A stretch of DNA of 64,000 bases from an uncultured Enterobacteriaceae bacterium (lineage in GTDB: Bacteria > Myxococcota_A > UBA9042), in NCBI GenBank assembly GCA_964560875.1, contig CAZLMW010000013.1:12279-76278 (forward strand), read 5' to 3'. Under the pieces are notes generated by a model. It was not told the DNA's origin. It ran no database searches and saw only the letters and a program-made list of their open reading frames with translations. The translations under genes and the position numbers were made by a program. Shown piece after piece: positions 1-9,666 of the stretch. How positions within the stretch are numbered: the stretch's first letter is position 1; each line of letters begins with the position of its first letter.

Positions 1-184
1 CTGTGCAATGGCACCTCAGAGACACCACGCGCGTGGGAGGCGCGGGTATACCATGTGAGTTGCCGGTCAAGGTTGTGAAGTTCTCTTTGGTACTTGGCCA
101 TCGGGGCCAGCCCCACCCGGATGGCGAGCAGCGGCCGATCCAAGTACGCTCCCGTCAGGGCTGCCGATAGGGCACGGAGGCGTC

Positions 185-1453
185 ATGCATATCGAAGCGG
201 CGGGGCTCAGCGACACCGGACAGGAGCGCCGCGACAACGAAGACCGCTTCCTCGTAGACGACGATCTCGGTCTGTATGTGGTTTGCGACGGAATGGGCGG
301 GCACGCCAACGGAGCGCTCGCCGCCGAAACCGCGATCGGCACGATCCGCGCCACCCTGCACCAACAGCGCGACACGCTCGCCGCGATCGCGATCGGCCAC
401 GCCGACGTTGAACGCCTTGCAAGCCTCGCCGAGTACGCGATCCAGGAAGCTTCGCGCCGGGTTTATGCGCTCGCCACCTCCCAAGCTGACGCACGCGGAA
501 TGGGCTGCACCGCTACCCTGGTCATCGCCGCGGGACGTCATGCCGTCATGGGACACGTTGGCGATTCACGTCTGTACGTCTGTCGCGACGGCAACGTGCA
601 CCGGCTAAGCAGCGACCACACCATGGCCGACGACCTCCTGGCTCGAGGCCTGCTCGCCCCCGAAGACGTCCGCGACCATCCATTCGCCAGCGCGTTGACG
701 CGCTCGGTTGGTACCCATCCTGTCGTCCAGGTCGACACACTCCTGCTCGATGTCCGCCCCGGCGACCGCTTCCTGCTCTGCAGCGACGGACTGCACGGCT
801 ACATCGACAGCCACACATGGCTGGCCGATGAGCTGGCCGATGACGATCTTGAAGGCGTGGTCGAAGAGCTGGTCGAATTCGCGAACCGCCTCGGTGGACA
901 CGACAACATCACCGCGCTTGTCATGGCCATCGACGAGGTGGTCGAGCCCGAGCCAACTCGTCGCGTCGACGTCGAGCTGAGTCTGAAGATCGACGCCCTC
1001 GAAAAGGTCCATTTGTTCCGCGGGCTGGGGCTCGCTCGGCTCTACCACGTGCTCAGCGCGGCCCGCCTCGTGCGACTTGAGGCCGGCGACGTTCTCTTCG
1101 ACGCGGGCCAGGACTTCGCGTCGATGTACATCGTCGCGCAAGGGTCAGTGCGCGCGAACTTCGCCAAGCGAGGCGGCGTTCGACTCGGTCCCGGCGACCA
1201 TTTCGGCTCAACGACCCTGATGCGCCCGCGCGAGAGCCGTGCTCGCGTCGAAGCCGTCGTCGACACGATGCTGCTCGAGATTCAACGGGTGCGCTTTCAG
1301 CACATGGTCCGCAAGCGACCCTACCTGGGCTTGCTGCTGTACGAGCGCATTGGCCGGCGCATCTGCGGAGAGGTCGATCGCGCCGGGGACGCACTGCTCG
1401 ACATTCGCAGCGCGATCCAGAAAGTCGGACCGGACGCGAGCGTTACGCTCTAG
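185..1453 (+). CDS. PP2C-family Ser/Thr protein phosphatase fused to a C-terminal cyclic-nucleotide-binding (cNMP) domain
   Basis: N-terminus is a typical PPM/PP2C start (GLSDTGQERRDNEDRF...VCDGMGGH, metal-binding Asp/Gly motifs). C-terminal ~120 aa match a CAP-family cNMP-binding fold (FRGLG...LEAGDVLFDAGQ...YIVAQGSV). ATG at 185, GC3-rich codon usage. Confidence 0.8.
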   Translation: MHIEAAGLSDTGQERRDNEDRFLVDDDLGLYVVCDGMGGHANGALAAETAIGTIRATLHQQRDTLAAIAIGHADVERLASLAEYAIQEASRRVYALATSQADARGMGCTATLVIAAGRHAVMGHVGDSRLYVCRDGNVHRLSSDHTMADDLLARGLLAPEDVRDHPFASALTRSVGTHPVVQVDTLLLDVRPGDRFLLCSDGLHGYIDSHTWLADELADDDLEGVVEELVEFANRLGGHDNITALVMAIDEVVEPEPTRRVDVELSLKIDALEKVHLFRGLGLARLYHVLSAARLVRLEAGDVLFDAGQDFASMYIVAQGSVRANFAKRGGVRLGPGDHFGSTTLMRPRESRARVEAVVDTMLLEIQRVRFQHMVRKRPYLGLLLYERIGRRICGEVDRAGDALLDIRSAIQKVGPDASVTL

Positions 1454-1472
1454 CTGCGTTCCGTCGAGCGGA

Positions 1473-3149
1473 TTACGCCCAGACGACCTTGCTCTTGGCG
1501 TCGTACCAGCCTTCGAGGTTGGCGGTGAAGCTGTCCTCGATCGCGCCGCGACGGATCTTCATCGTGGGGGTCAGCATCCCGTTGGCGATGGACCACTCAT
1601 CGGACGCGACGGCGATGAACTGCAGCTGCTCGTGGTGCTCGACCTGGCCATTGACCTCGGCGAGGAGCTTTTCGAACTCGGCCTGCAGCTTGGCACGGAC
1701 GGCCGCGTCACTGGCGTTGGGGCGGACGTCTTCGGCGAGAACAACGACCGCGCAGGGTTGCGGCTGACCCGAACCGGAGACGCACGACAGCTCGATGTTT
1801 TCGTTGTTGTTGATGATGTTCTCGATCGGCGCGGGCGCGACGTATTTGCCCTTGGACGTCTTGAAGATCTCCTTGACCCTGCCGGTGATCTTGAGCAGGC
1901 CGCTAGCCTTGCGCTCACCGCGGTCGCCGGTCTTGAAGAAGCCATCTTCGGTGAAGCATTCCGCCGTCATTTCAGGCTCTTTGTAGTAGCCCATCATGCA
2001 GCCCGGCGACTTGATGAGGATCTCACCGGCGTCGGAGATGCGGACCTCGACCTCGGGGTAGGGCACACCGACATAGCCGGGGACCGTGTACTCGAGCGTG
2101 GAGAGGTGGCTGTAGGCGAAGTCTTCGGACATCGCGTAGCCCTCGAGCAGGTTCAGGCCAAGCGACCGGTACCAGGCGATGAGCTCGGCCGGAATCGGCG
2201 CCGAACCGCTGCCCGCCAGCCGGACGTGCTGCAGACCGAGTCCGGTCAGTACCTTCTTGCGCACGATGTTGTTGAGGATCGGGATGCGCAGGAGTCGGGC
2301 CAGCTTCCTGGGCGGCATCTTCTTGAACACGCCCAGCTGGAACTTGAGCCACAGCCGCGGCACCGAGATGAACAGCGTCGGGCTCGCTCGCTGCAGGTCC
2401 TTGACGAATGTTTCGAGGCTTTCGGCGAAGAACAGGTGGTTGCCGACGATCATCGAGGTGCAGGAGATGTAGGCGCGCTCGAAGACGTGGGCCAGCGGCA
2501 GGTAGCTCAGGCAGCGGTCATTGCGGGTGAACTCAAGCGCCTTGACGATGCCGTGCGCCGCCTCGGTGATCTGCTTGAAGCCGTGCATCACGCCCTTGGG
2601 TTTGCCGGTGCTGCCCGAGGTGTAGATGATCAGCGCGCGGTCGCCCAGGTCACGGGTCGGATTGCCGGCGATCGGCTCGGTGTTGGCGACGATTTCGTCG
2701 TAGGATGTGCCTGTGGTCTTGGGCGCCAGCGGCATGGTGATGCGAGGCATGTCGTCTGGGACGCCGGGCTCGATCTCGTGCCACACGTCGAGTTTGCCGA
2801 CGAAGAGCAGCTTGGCTTCGGCATGGTCGAGGCAGTAGGACGCCGTTTCTGCGTTCAAGGTCGGGAAGAGCGCGACCGTGCAGTGACCGGCCATCCAGAT
2901 GGCCAGCTCGGTGATGATGAAGTGGGCGCAGTTCTTCGATAGGATCGCGATGTTGCTGCCGGGCTCCAACCCCAGGGTGTTGATGTGCGCGGCCATGCGG
3001 CGGGCGCGATCGACGGCTTCCTTGAAGGTGTAGTCTTTGACCGCGCCGCCACCGGTGGGCTGGGTCATCCACACGTCGTTGGGGCGGTTCTTCTCGTGAT
3101 CGTAGACACACTCGAGCAGCTGCTTGCCTGCGGCCATGGCTTCCTCCAT
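1473..3149 (-). CDS. AMP-dependent acyl-CoA synthetase/ligase (long-chain fatty-acid--CoA ligase-like)
   Basis: AMP-binding signature IYTSGSTGKPKGVMH, GYAMSE hinge region, C-terminal adenylate-forming fold. The ORF extends to 3488, but the first plausible start is the M of MEEAMAAGKQ (codon 114), giving about 559 aa. Confidence 0.85.
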   Translation of the reverse strand: MEEAMAAGKQLLECVYDHEKNRPNDVWMTQPTGGGAVKDYTFKEAVDRARRMAAHINTLGLEPGSNIAILSKNCAHFIITELAIWMAGHCTVALFPTLNAETASYCLDHAEAKLLFVGKLDVWHEIEPGVPDDMPRITMPLAPKTTGTSYDEIVANTEPIAGNPTRDLGDRALIIYTSGSTGKPKGVMHGFKQITEAAHGIVKALEFTRNDRCLSYLPLAHVFERAYISCTSMIVGNHLFFAESLETFVKDLQRASPTLFISVPRLWLKFQLGVFKKMPPRKLARLLRIPILNNIVRKKVLTGLGLQHVRLAGSGSAPIPAELIAWYRSLGLNLLEGYAMSEDFAYSHLSTLEYTVPGYVGVPYPEVEVRISDAGEILIKSPGCMMGYYKEPEMTAECFTEDGFFKTGDRGERKASGLLKITGRVKEIFKTSKGKYVAPAPIENIINNNENIELSCVSGSGQPQPCAVVVLAEDVRPNASDAAVRAKLQAEFEKLLAEVNGQVEHHEQLQFIAVASDEWSIANGMLTPTMKIRRGAIEDSFTANLEGWYDAKSKVVWA

Positions 3150-3290
3150 CGGGCACTGGGTCTTGGGTGGGCGGGAGAGTAACGCTTTTGCGGTACAACA
3201 AAAGCCCTGTTTTCGAGCGCGCGCATAGGCGCGTCCAAGGTGCAAGCGGGTAGTATCGGCGCCACGACCGAGTCGCTTTGGGACCTCGCG

Positions 3291-4190
3291 ATGGACTACG
3301 GCAAGCTGGCGAGCATTCGCGGCGTGGATTTCGCCTTGCCCGAGGACGACCCCTCCAACGCTGAATGCGTCGTTCGTGAGCCCAACGCCGTCCCGAAAGT
3401 GCTGGTTGGCGTGCCGGCCTGGGGGGAGCCGCGCTGGCTCGGACGCGTCTATCCACGCGGCAGCAAACCGGGCGAGTTCTTGCGCCACTACGCGTCGCAG
3501 TTTCCGACGATCGAGCTCAACTCGACGTTCTACGGGGTCCCGGCGCCGTCGACAGTCGACAAATGGCGCGCACAGACTCCCGCTTCGTTCCGGTTTTGCG
3601 CCAAAATAGTCCGGGACGTGTCACACGAGCCCGATCTTTCGGCCGCGATCGCAGCGCTCGGTCGCTATTTGGACGTGATGACGCCGCTCGGCGAACGCCT
3701 TGGCGCTTTCTTCTTGCAGTGGCCGCCCGAAGTTGGGCCGGCGGAGGGTGCGCTTGTCGCTGCAGTCCTCGACGCGTGGCCGCGCGAACTGCGCCTTGTC
3801 GTCGAGTTTCGTCACCCTGATTGGTTCACCGGCGGGCGCCTTGTCGCTGCCGCACGTCGCATGCTCGAGCGGAGACAGATGGGTACGGTCGTCTGCGATG
3901 TCGCCGGTCGCCGGGACGCGTGTCACAGCTCGCTCACGGCTGACGTCATGATGCTGCGACTGGTTGGCAACGACTTGCACGCGACGGACATGGTCCGCGC
4001 CGTGGATTGGTCGAAGCGCATTGGTACGTGGCTCGACCTTGGCTTGGATACGGCCTACGTGATGGCGCACCAGCCTGACAATGTGCGGGCGCCGGAGTAC
4101 GCGAACATCCTCAGCGACAACCTGCGGCATCACACCGGGCTGAACGTGCAGAAATGGCGGCCAGTCGCGAGCCAAATGAAGCTGTTCTGA
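3291..4190 (+). CDS. DUF72 (YecE-like) family protein
   Basis: Core DUF72 motifs: VGVPAWGEPRW, YASQFPTIELNSTFYGVP, DKWRAQTPASFRF. Start is uncertain: ATG at 3240 or 3291, or GTG at about 3399, which would mimic the short N-terminus of YecE homologues. Confidence 0.7.
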   Translation: MDYGKLASIRGVDFALPEDDPSNAECVVREPNAVPKVLVGVPAWGEPRWLGRVYPRGSKPGEFLRHYASQFPTIELNSTFYGVPAPSTVDKWRAQTPASFRFCAKIVRDVSHEPDLSAAIAALGRYLDVMTPLGERLGAFFLQWPPEVGPAEGALVAAVLDAWPRELRLVVEFRHPDWFTGGRLVAAARRMLERRQMGTVVCDVAGRRDACHSSLTADVMMLRLVGNDLHATDMVRAVDWSKRIGTWLDLGLDTAYVMAHQPDNVRAPEYANILSDNLRHHTGLNVQKWRPVASQMKLF

Positions 4191-4245
4191 CAGTCGTTCT
4201 TCGGCCGTCTGATGAGGCGGAGTCGCGCTGAACATGTCCGTCGGA

Positions 4246-4343
4246 GTTGAACCGTTGAACCTGTCGGACAAATTCAAGATCCATTTGAACCTGTCTGTCC
4301 ATTTGAACCTGTCTGTCCATTTGAACCTGTCAGACAAGTTCAA
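4246..4343. repeat. Tandem 18-bp repeat array (TTTGAACCTGTCTGTCCA x2 perfect plus degenerate flanking copies) with five TTGAAC hexamers and TTGAAC-N11-GTTCAA inverted repeats
   Basis: Seen directly: gttgaacc gttgaacc ... catttgaacctgtctgtcca tttgaacctgtctgtcca tttgaacctgtcagacaagttcaa. Intergenic, immediately 3' of the HUH transposase gene. Confidence 0.8.
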
Positions 4344-4600
4344 TAACCTTTAGATGACAGCATGTTATGGCGTGGCTATCCCGCAAAAACGGCGTTCAAA
4401 TCCACCTACGGGAGTGACACCACCGCAGATCCGCGGCGTTCTTGCGTCTCGGCGGGCCCTTGCAGCCCGGCCGAGCCACAAGTCCCGTTGGATCGCGTCG
4501 AAATCCCGCAAAAACGCCGAAAAGCCGAGGCGGAGGACAAACGTCCCCGCCTCGACCCGCAGGTCTTCGTGCCAAAACTTCGAGCTGCTATCGGCCGCCG

Positions 4601-5665
4601 CTAGCGACCTCCAGGCGGCGGTGGCCTAGCGCGACAGTACGTCTCGGGGCCATATCGAACCCCGGTCTTTGCGCGGCGCCGCCACTGCCTGCGCGCCCGG
4701 CGGCCGAGTCGCTTGAATCTGACGCCTTCCGCTTCCCCCATCCGAAGCCATGCGGGGATGGTGAACGGCGGATACGCGCAAGCCTCGCCAGCTCGGTGCT
4801 TCCTCGACGCCTCCGCGTACCATTGTCCGATGGCGCGTATCGCCTCGACCGACGCCTGCCGCCTCCACGGCGCCGTCTGCCTACCACGCGGCTTCTTCGT
4901 CGACGCTCCCATGGTCGTCCGCCAATCCAAGCGCCGCGCCCGTTGCCTTGCTTCTGCCGCCGACCGCGCCGGATTCGACCCACTCCGTCCGTCTGCCGCT
5001 CGCCCGTCCAGGCCCTTCCGAACCGCCGCTTCCACCGCCGCACGCAGCATCGCCCGTCGCTCGTCTTCATCGCGGTCTTCAAGCGTCGGCAGAGGCGATA
5101 GTTCAACCCGCTCCGTGATCCGGAAGCGCTCCGGGTGCTCGGCTATAACCTTGGCCGTCGTGCGAGTCATCGCTGTTCGCCGCGTCCAGATCCCCTCTGT
5201 CGGTGCCGCGCCATCCAGCAACTGCGCCGCTGAGGACACCCCTGGCCACATTTGCGGCTGCTCGACCAGCCCCTCTTTCGCCCCGTGCGCAAGCACATAC
5301 GCCAGCATCTGGACCTGCGATCGTTCGTCGCAATCGGACAGCTCCATGTCGTATCGCCGGTGCCACATCGTTCCCGACCGGTCCCGCAGCACGTTGAATT
5401 CGCGCGTCAGGTTGCCCTTCACGTACTTCATGAAGCCGGCGATCTGCTCGGTGTTGTCGCCCGTCACGACCAGGTGGAAATGGTTGCTCATACACGCGAG
5501 CCCATGAATTCGGACCGCGTGCATCCGCTGACCCATTGCGATGACACCGACAATGATTTCACGAACTTCGGGTCGATCCGGCACCATATACAAGCGCCCC
5601 TGAAGCGTGCGGCTGGTGAGCATCAACACAGTTCCGGGCAGAAACCATCGCGGCGAATTCGTCAT
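4601..5665 (-). CDS. IS200/IS605-like Y1 (HUH) transposase / REP-associated tyrosine transposase (RAYT)-like protein
   Basis: HUH motif SNHFHLVV and downstream YVLAHGAKEGLV region typical of Y1 transposases (COG1943). Arg/Ala-rich C-terminal tail. Start chosen at MTNSPRW (codon 59 of the ORF, which extends to 5839). Confidence 0.75.
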   Translation of the reverse strand: MTNSPRWFLPGTVLMLTSRTLQGRLYMVPDRPEVREIIVGVIAMGQRMHAVRIHGLACMSNHFHLVVTGDNTEQIAGFMKYVKGNLTREFNVLRDRSGTMWHRRYDMELSDCDERSQVQMLAYVLAHGAKEGLVEQPQMWPGVSSAAQLLDGAAPTEGIWTRRTAMTRTTAKVIAEHPERFRITERVELSPLPTLEDRDEDERRAMLRAAVEAAVRKGLDGRAADGRSGSNPARSAAEARQRARRLDWRTTMGASTKKPRGRQTAPWRRQASVEAIRAIGQWYAEASRKHRAGEACAYPPFTIPAWLRMGEAEGVRFKRLGRRARRQWRRRAKTGVRYGPETYCRARPPPPGGR

Positions 5666-5831
5666 GCTTAGTGATCGGGACTTCGCCCAAAAACTGTTCA
5701 CTTCGCATGACTGAGTGGCCGTCGAACCGCTCCGATCGAGCGCGGCCTGGGCGGCGCGAATTCTCTTGATGATCTTGGCGGACCATGTGGTATAAGGCCG
5801 CGCCGCGATCGCAGGAAAAATCGGCGGCAAG

Positions 5832-8800
5832 ATGTTCAAAAAACACCGGTATCAGTCGCGCAACTCCGCGCCGACGTTGGCTTTTTCGTCAGCGCGGCGG
5901 GTGGCTTTGCGGCGTATTCCGACATCGACCAGCCTGCCTCGGATCGCACGATCTGGGCTACGCATAGGCCTCCTCGTCGCCCTTGTTGCGTTCGTCACTG
6001 CTTGTGGCGCGCGTGCTGGCGGCGGCGGCGGCGGTTCCGTGTTCGTGCCAACCACCTACGACACGGTCGACGGGTCGAGCTCCGGCGGTGTGAGCGACGG
6101 CGGCACGTCCAGCGGTGGCGCATCTTCGGGTGGCGACGCTGCGTCTTCGGGCGCTTCGTCCGGCGGGACGTCCTCCGGTGGCGATGCATCGAGCTCCAGC
6201 GGCGGACCGGACGCCGATTGTCCTTCCTGCTGCAAGACTGCGGCTGACTGCGACGACAAGGACACCTGCACCAACGATTCGTGCAACGTGGCGACCGGCA
6301 AATGTGTCAACGCCAAGATGAGCGGCTGCGGCGAGCTGTCTGCGCCATGTTCCAAGGCGGCACCGTGCAACAAAGGCGTCTGCCACCCCGTCGCCAACGC
6401 GTGCGTCGCGTGCGTGAGCAGTAAGGACTGTGGTGCTGGCAAGCTCTGCCAGGGCAACAAGTGCGCCACTGCGAAGGGCTGCAAGTCCGACGTGGACTGC
6501 AAGTCGTTGGGCAAGGTCTGCAACAAGTCCGAGGGCGTTTGCGTCGACTGCGGAGCGGACGCCGATTGTCCCGAGCAGTCTGCGTGCCTGGACCACAAAT
6601 GCACGCCTGCGCCGCCTTGCACGTCATCCAAGCAGTGCCAAAAAGTCTGCAACACCAAGCTTGGCAAGTGCGTTGAATGCGCGGGCGGCGAGGACTGCGC
6701 TGCCGGCCAGTACTGCACCACCTGGGGCAAGTGCGCGCCGGGCATCTGCAAGAAAGACGCGTGCGCGGGCAAGGCGCTGTTCAAGTGCCGCGCGGACGGT
6801 TCCGGCTACGAGCCGCGGCCCAATTGCAACGACGACAATGTCTGCACCGATGACGGCTGTGACAACGACCAGGGCTGCACCACTGCGGCCAACGCGGCGT
6901 CCTGCAACGACGGCGACACCTGCACCAGCAACGACAAGTGCAGCGCCAAGAAGTGCGTCGGTGGCAAGACCAAGTGCGACGACAACAACCCGTGCACCGA
7001 CGACAAGTGCGAGGCCTCCACCGGCTGCTACCACACGGCTAACAACGCGCCGTGCAACGACGACAACAAGTGCACGACCGGCGACGCGTGTTCGGGCGGC
7101 GCCTGCAGCGGCAAGAGCAAGACGTCGGCGGACTGCACCGACAACAACGACTGCACCGACGACTACTGCGACCCCAAGAAAGGCTGCGCGCACAAGTTCA
7201 ACGAAAAGCCCTGCGATGACGGCAGCAAATGCACCGACAGCGATAAATGCCTCAGCGGCAAGTGCACCGGCCAATCGACCAAGTGCGATGACGGCGACAA
7301 GTGCACGACCGATGGCTGCGACGCGTCCGGCGGCTGCACCCACACGCCCAACACGGCGTCATGCGACGACGGCAACTTCTGCACGGTCGACGATGCCTGC
7401 AACCAGGGCAAATGTGCGGGCGGCAAGGCCAGAGACTGCAACGACGACAAGAAGTGCACCAAGGACATCTGCAACGAGGAGTCCAACAAGTGCGTCTACA
7501 CCCACGCGTCCAACTGGACCTACTGCAACGACGGCAACGCGTGCACCTACAGCGATCGATGCAGCAGCGGCGTGTGCAAGGGTAAGCCCACCACCTGCGA
7601 CGACAAGAAGCCGTGCACGACCGATAGCTGCGACACCAAGACGGGCTGCAAACACCTGCCCAACGACAAGGCGACGTGCACCGACAACAACAAGTGCACC
7701 CTCAAGGACTACTGCAAGAGCGGCTGGTGCAAGGCCGGGCCCGACAAGCTCAAGTGCGACGACAACAACTCGTGCACGGCGGACTCCTGCAACTCCTACA
7801 AGGGCTGCGTCTACACCGACAACAGCGCGTCCAAGTGCAACGACCTCGATCCCTGCACCACCGATAAATGCGACGCGAAGACCGGCAAGTGCAGCCACGA
7901 AAAGATCACCGGCTGCTGCAAGGCGCACAACCAGTGCGACGACAAGGACGCCACAACGACCGACAAGTGCGCGGGCAACAAGTGCTGGTTCTACAGCGAG
8001 GGCTGCAAATCGGCCGCGGACTGCGACGACGGCGATGGCTGCACCGAAGACCTGTGCACGTCCGGCAAATGCGAGAACAAGGCCGTCGCGTCGTGCAGCA
8101 AGCTGGTCGAATACGGCTTTGAAAAGGACCTCGAGGGCTGGACCGCCGACAAGGCAACGTCCAAGAAGGTGCAGTGGACCAAGAAGGACGCGACCGGGAT
8201 GCCCAAAGGTAAGGGCGCCGCGGTCTTCGGACTGAACAGCGCCGAGACTTTCACCGGCCTGCAGTGCCCCAACTACGGCTACCTGACCAGCCCGGAAATC
8301 AAGCTCGCAAAGGGGCAAGCGTGGTCGTTGGACCTCGACCTCAAATTCGACTTCAGCTACGGCTACTCGTCGTACAACCGCCTCTACGTCTACATCGAGC
8401 CGGTCTCGACCAAGCAGAAGGTGTCGCTGGGCACGCTCTACATGTATTCGAGCGCCAAGAAGTGGCACAAGAAGAGCTACGATGTCACCGCCTGGGCCGG
8501 CACGCCTTTCGTGGTGAAGCTCTACGCGCGGATCGGCAACTCGTCGTGCTCGTCCAGCAGCTACAAGGCCAACGGCAAGGGCATCTACCTCGACCACCTC
8601 GCGTTCACGTCCACCGGCAAGAAGAAGACGTGTTCGACCGATGGCAACTGCTACGCCAGCGGCGGCTGCAATGTCGGTTTCTGCAAAGGCGGCTTCTGCG
8701 GCTATTCGACCACCTGCTGCAAATCCAACAGCGACTGCGACGACGGCCGTGCGTGCACCACCGACACCTGCAAGTGGGGCAAATGCCGATTCACCGTGCC

Positions 8801-9623
8801 CGGCGGCGGCAAGTGCTGCTCATCGAACAAGGACTGCGGCGACGGCGTGACCTGCACGCTCGATCTCTGCAAGAGCGGCAAGTGCGAAAACCACAAGCTC
8901 GCGCAGTGCTGCGAAAAGGACGCCGACTGCGACGATAAAGACGACAAGTGCACGATCGACAGCTGCAACAAGACGACCGGCAAGTGCGAATACAAGAAGA
9001 CCTGCTGCGCCAGCGACAAAGAGTGCGACGACAAGGACGACAAGTGCACAACGGACAAGTGCGATGCGAACACGTCCAAGTGCACCTACACGCCCACCGG
9101 GGCGAGCGGCTGCTGCCTGCCTCAGCTCTGGCACAACAGCTTCGACGACAACAACGCCAAGGGCATGACGTTTTCCAACAAGTACGGAAACGCCAAGGGC
9201 TGGCAGATATGGAACCCGTCCGACCACTTCAAGTCGGCCAAGGGCGCCCTCTACTACGGCGATCCGGTCAAGAAGAACTACGACTTCGGAACCAGCTACG
9301 GCAGCGCGCGCATCGTCGGCATCAACCTGCCCAACAAGTCGGGCCTGTCGCTCAAGTTCTGGCTGTACATGGTCAAAGAGGCGTCGTCGAAGTACGACAA
9401 ACTCTACGTGCAACTCAAGTCCGAAAAGGGCAACACCGTCACGCTCTGGTCAACGTCCACGAGCGACAAGAGCAAGACCTGGTACGACAAGAACATCAGC
9501 CTCGACAGCTACAAGGGCCAGAAGGTCGAGATCCTCTTCTACTTCACGACCATCGATCCAACCTCCAACAGCGGTCTGGGCGTCATCATCGATGACGTGC
9601 AAGTGCTCCAGAAGTGCTCTTGA
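5832..9623 (+). CDS. Giant secreted lipoprotein: Gly/Ser linker, more than 25 Myxococcus-type cysteine-rich repeats (CxDxNxCTxDxC...GC) and two MAM-like jelly-roll domains
   Basis: Lipobox LVAFVTAC followed by a GGGGGS/SSGG linker. Long array of C-x-D-D-x-x-C-T-x-D-x-C-D repeats. Two domains of about 170 aa (about residues 750-920 and 1090-1262), each ending in a G-x-I-x-D-D/H-x-x-x-x-x-C motif, resemble MAM domains. The true start is probably the GTG at about 5901 (MALRRIPTS...), because the ATG at 5832 gives an over-long leader. Confidence 0.85.
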   Translation: MFKKHRYQSRNSAPTLAFSSARRVALRRIPTSTSLPRIARSGLRIGLLVALVAFVTACGARAGGGGGGSVFVPTTYDTVDGSSSGGVSDGGTSSGGASSGGDAASSGASSGGTSSGGDASSSSGGPDADCPSCCKTAADCDDKDTCTNDSCNVATGKCVNAKMSGCGELSAPCSKAAPCNKGVCHPVANACVACVSSKDCGAGKLCQGNKCATAKGCKSDVDCKSLGKVCNKSEGVCVDCGADADCPEQSACLDHKCTPAPPCTSSKQCQKVCNTKLGKCVECAGGEDCAAGQYCTTWGKCAPGICKKDACAGKALFKCRADGSGYEPRPNCNDDNVCTDDGCDNDQGCTTAANAASCNDGDTCTSNDKCSAKKCVGGKTKCDDNNPCTDDKCEASTGCYHTANNAPCNDDNKCTTGDACSGGACSGKSKTSADCTDNNDCTDDYCDPKKGCAHKFNEKPCDDGSKCTDSDKCLSGKCTGQSTKCDDGDKCTTDGCDASGGCTHTPNTASCDDGNFCTVDDACNQGKCAGGKARDCNDDKKCTKDICNEESNKCVYTHASNWTYCNDGNACTYSDRCSSGVCKGKPTTCDDKKPCTTDSCDTKTGCKHLPNDKATCTDNNKCTLKDYCKSGWCKAGPDKLKCDDNNSCTADSCNSYKGCVYTDNSASKCNDLDPCTTDKCDAKTGKCSHEKITGCCKAHNQCDDKDATTTDKCAGNKCWFYSEGCKSAADCDDGDGCTEDLCTSGKCENKAVASCSKLVEYGFEKDLEGWTADKATSKKVQWTKKDATGMPKGKGAAVFGLNSAETFTGLQCPNYGYLTSPEIKLAKGQAWSLDLDLKFDFSYGYSSYNRLYVYIEPVSTKQKVSLGTLYMYSSAKKWHKKSYDVTAWAGTPFVVKLYARIGNSSCSSSSYKANGKGIYLDHLAFTSTGKKKTCSTDGNCYASGGCNVGFCKGGFCGYSTTCCKSNSDCDDGRACTTDTCKWGKCRFTVPGGGKCCSSNKDCGDGVTCTLDLCKSGKCENHKLAQCCEKDADCDDKDDKCTIDSCNKTTGKCEYKKTCCASDKECDDKDDKCTTDKCDANTSKCTYTPTGASGCCLPQLWHNSFDDNNAKGMTFSNKYGNAKGWQIWNPSDHFKSAKGALYYGDPVKKNYDFGTSYGSARIVGINLPNKSGLSLKFWLYMVKEASSKYDKLYVQLKSEKGNTVTLWSTSTSDKSKTWYDKNISLDSYKGQKVEILFYFTTIDPTSNSGLGVIIDDVQVLQKCS

Positions 9624-9666
9624 GACGCGTCTACGGCGGTGATGGCAACGATGATGGTGACAGGCG

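Noticed and set aside
6430-8235. 601-aa Ala/Thr/Arg/Pro-rich ORF on the + strand
   Set aside because: It is an alternative frame inside the giant Cys-rich lipoprotein gene. Its low-complexity composition is typical of off-frame translation of GC-rich DNA, and it has no start context or domain.
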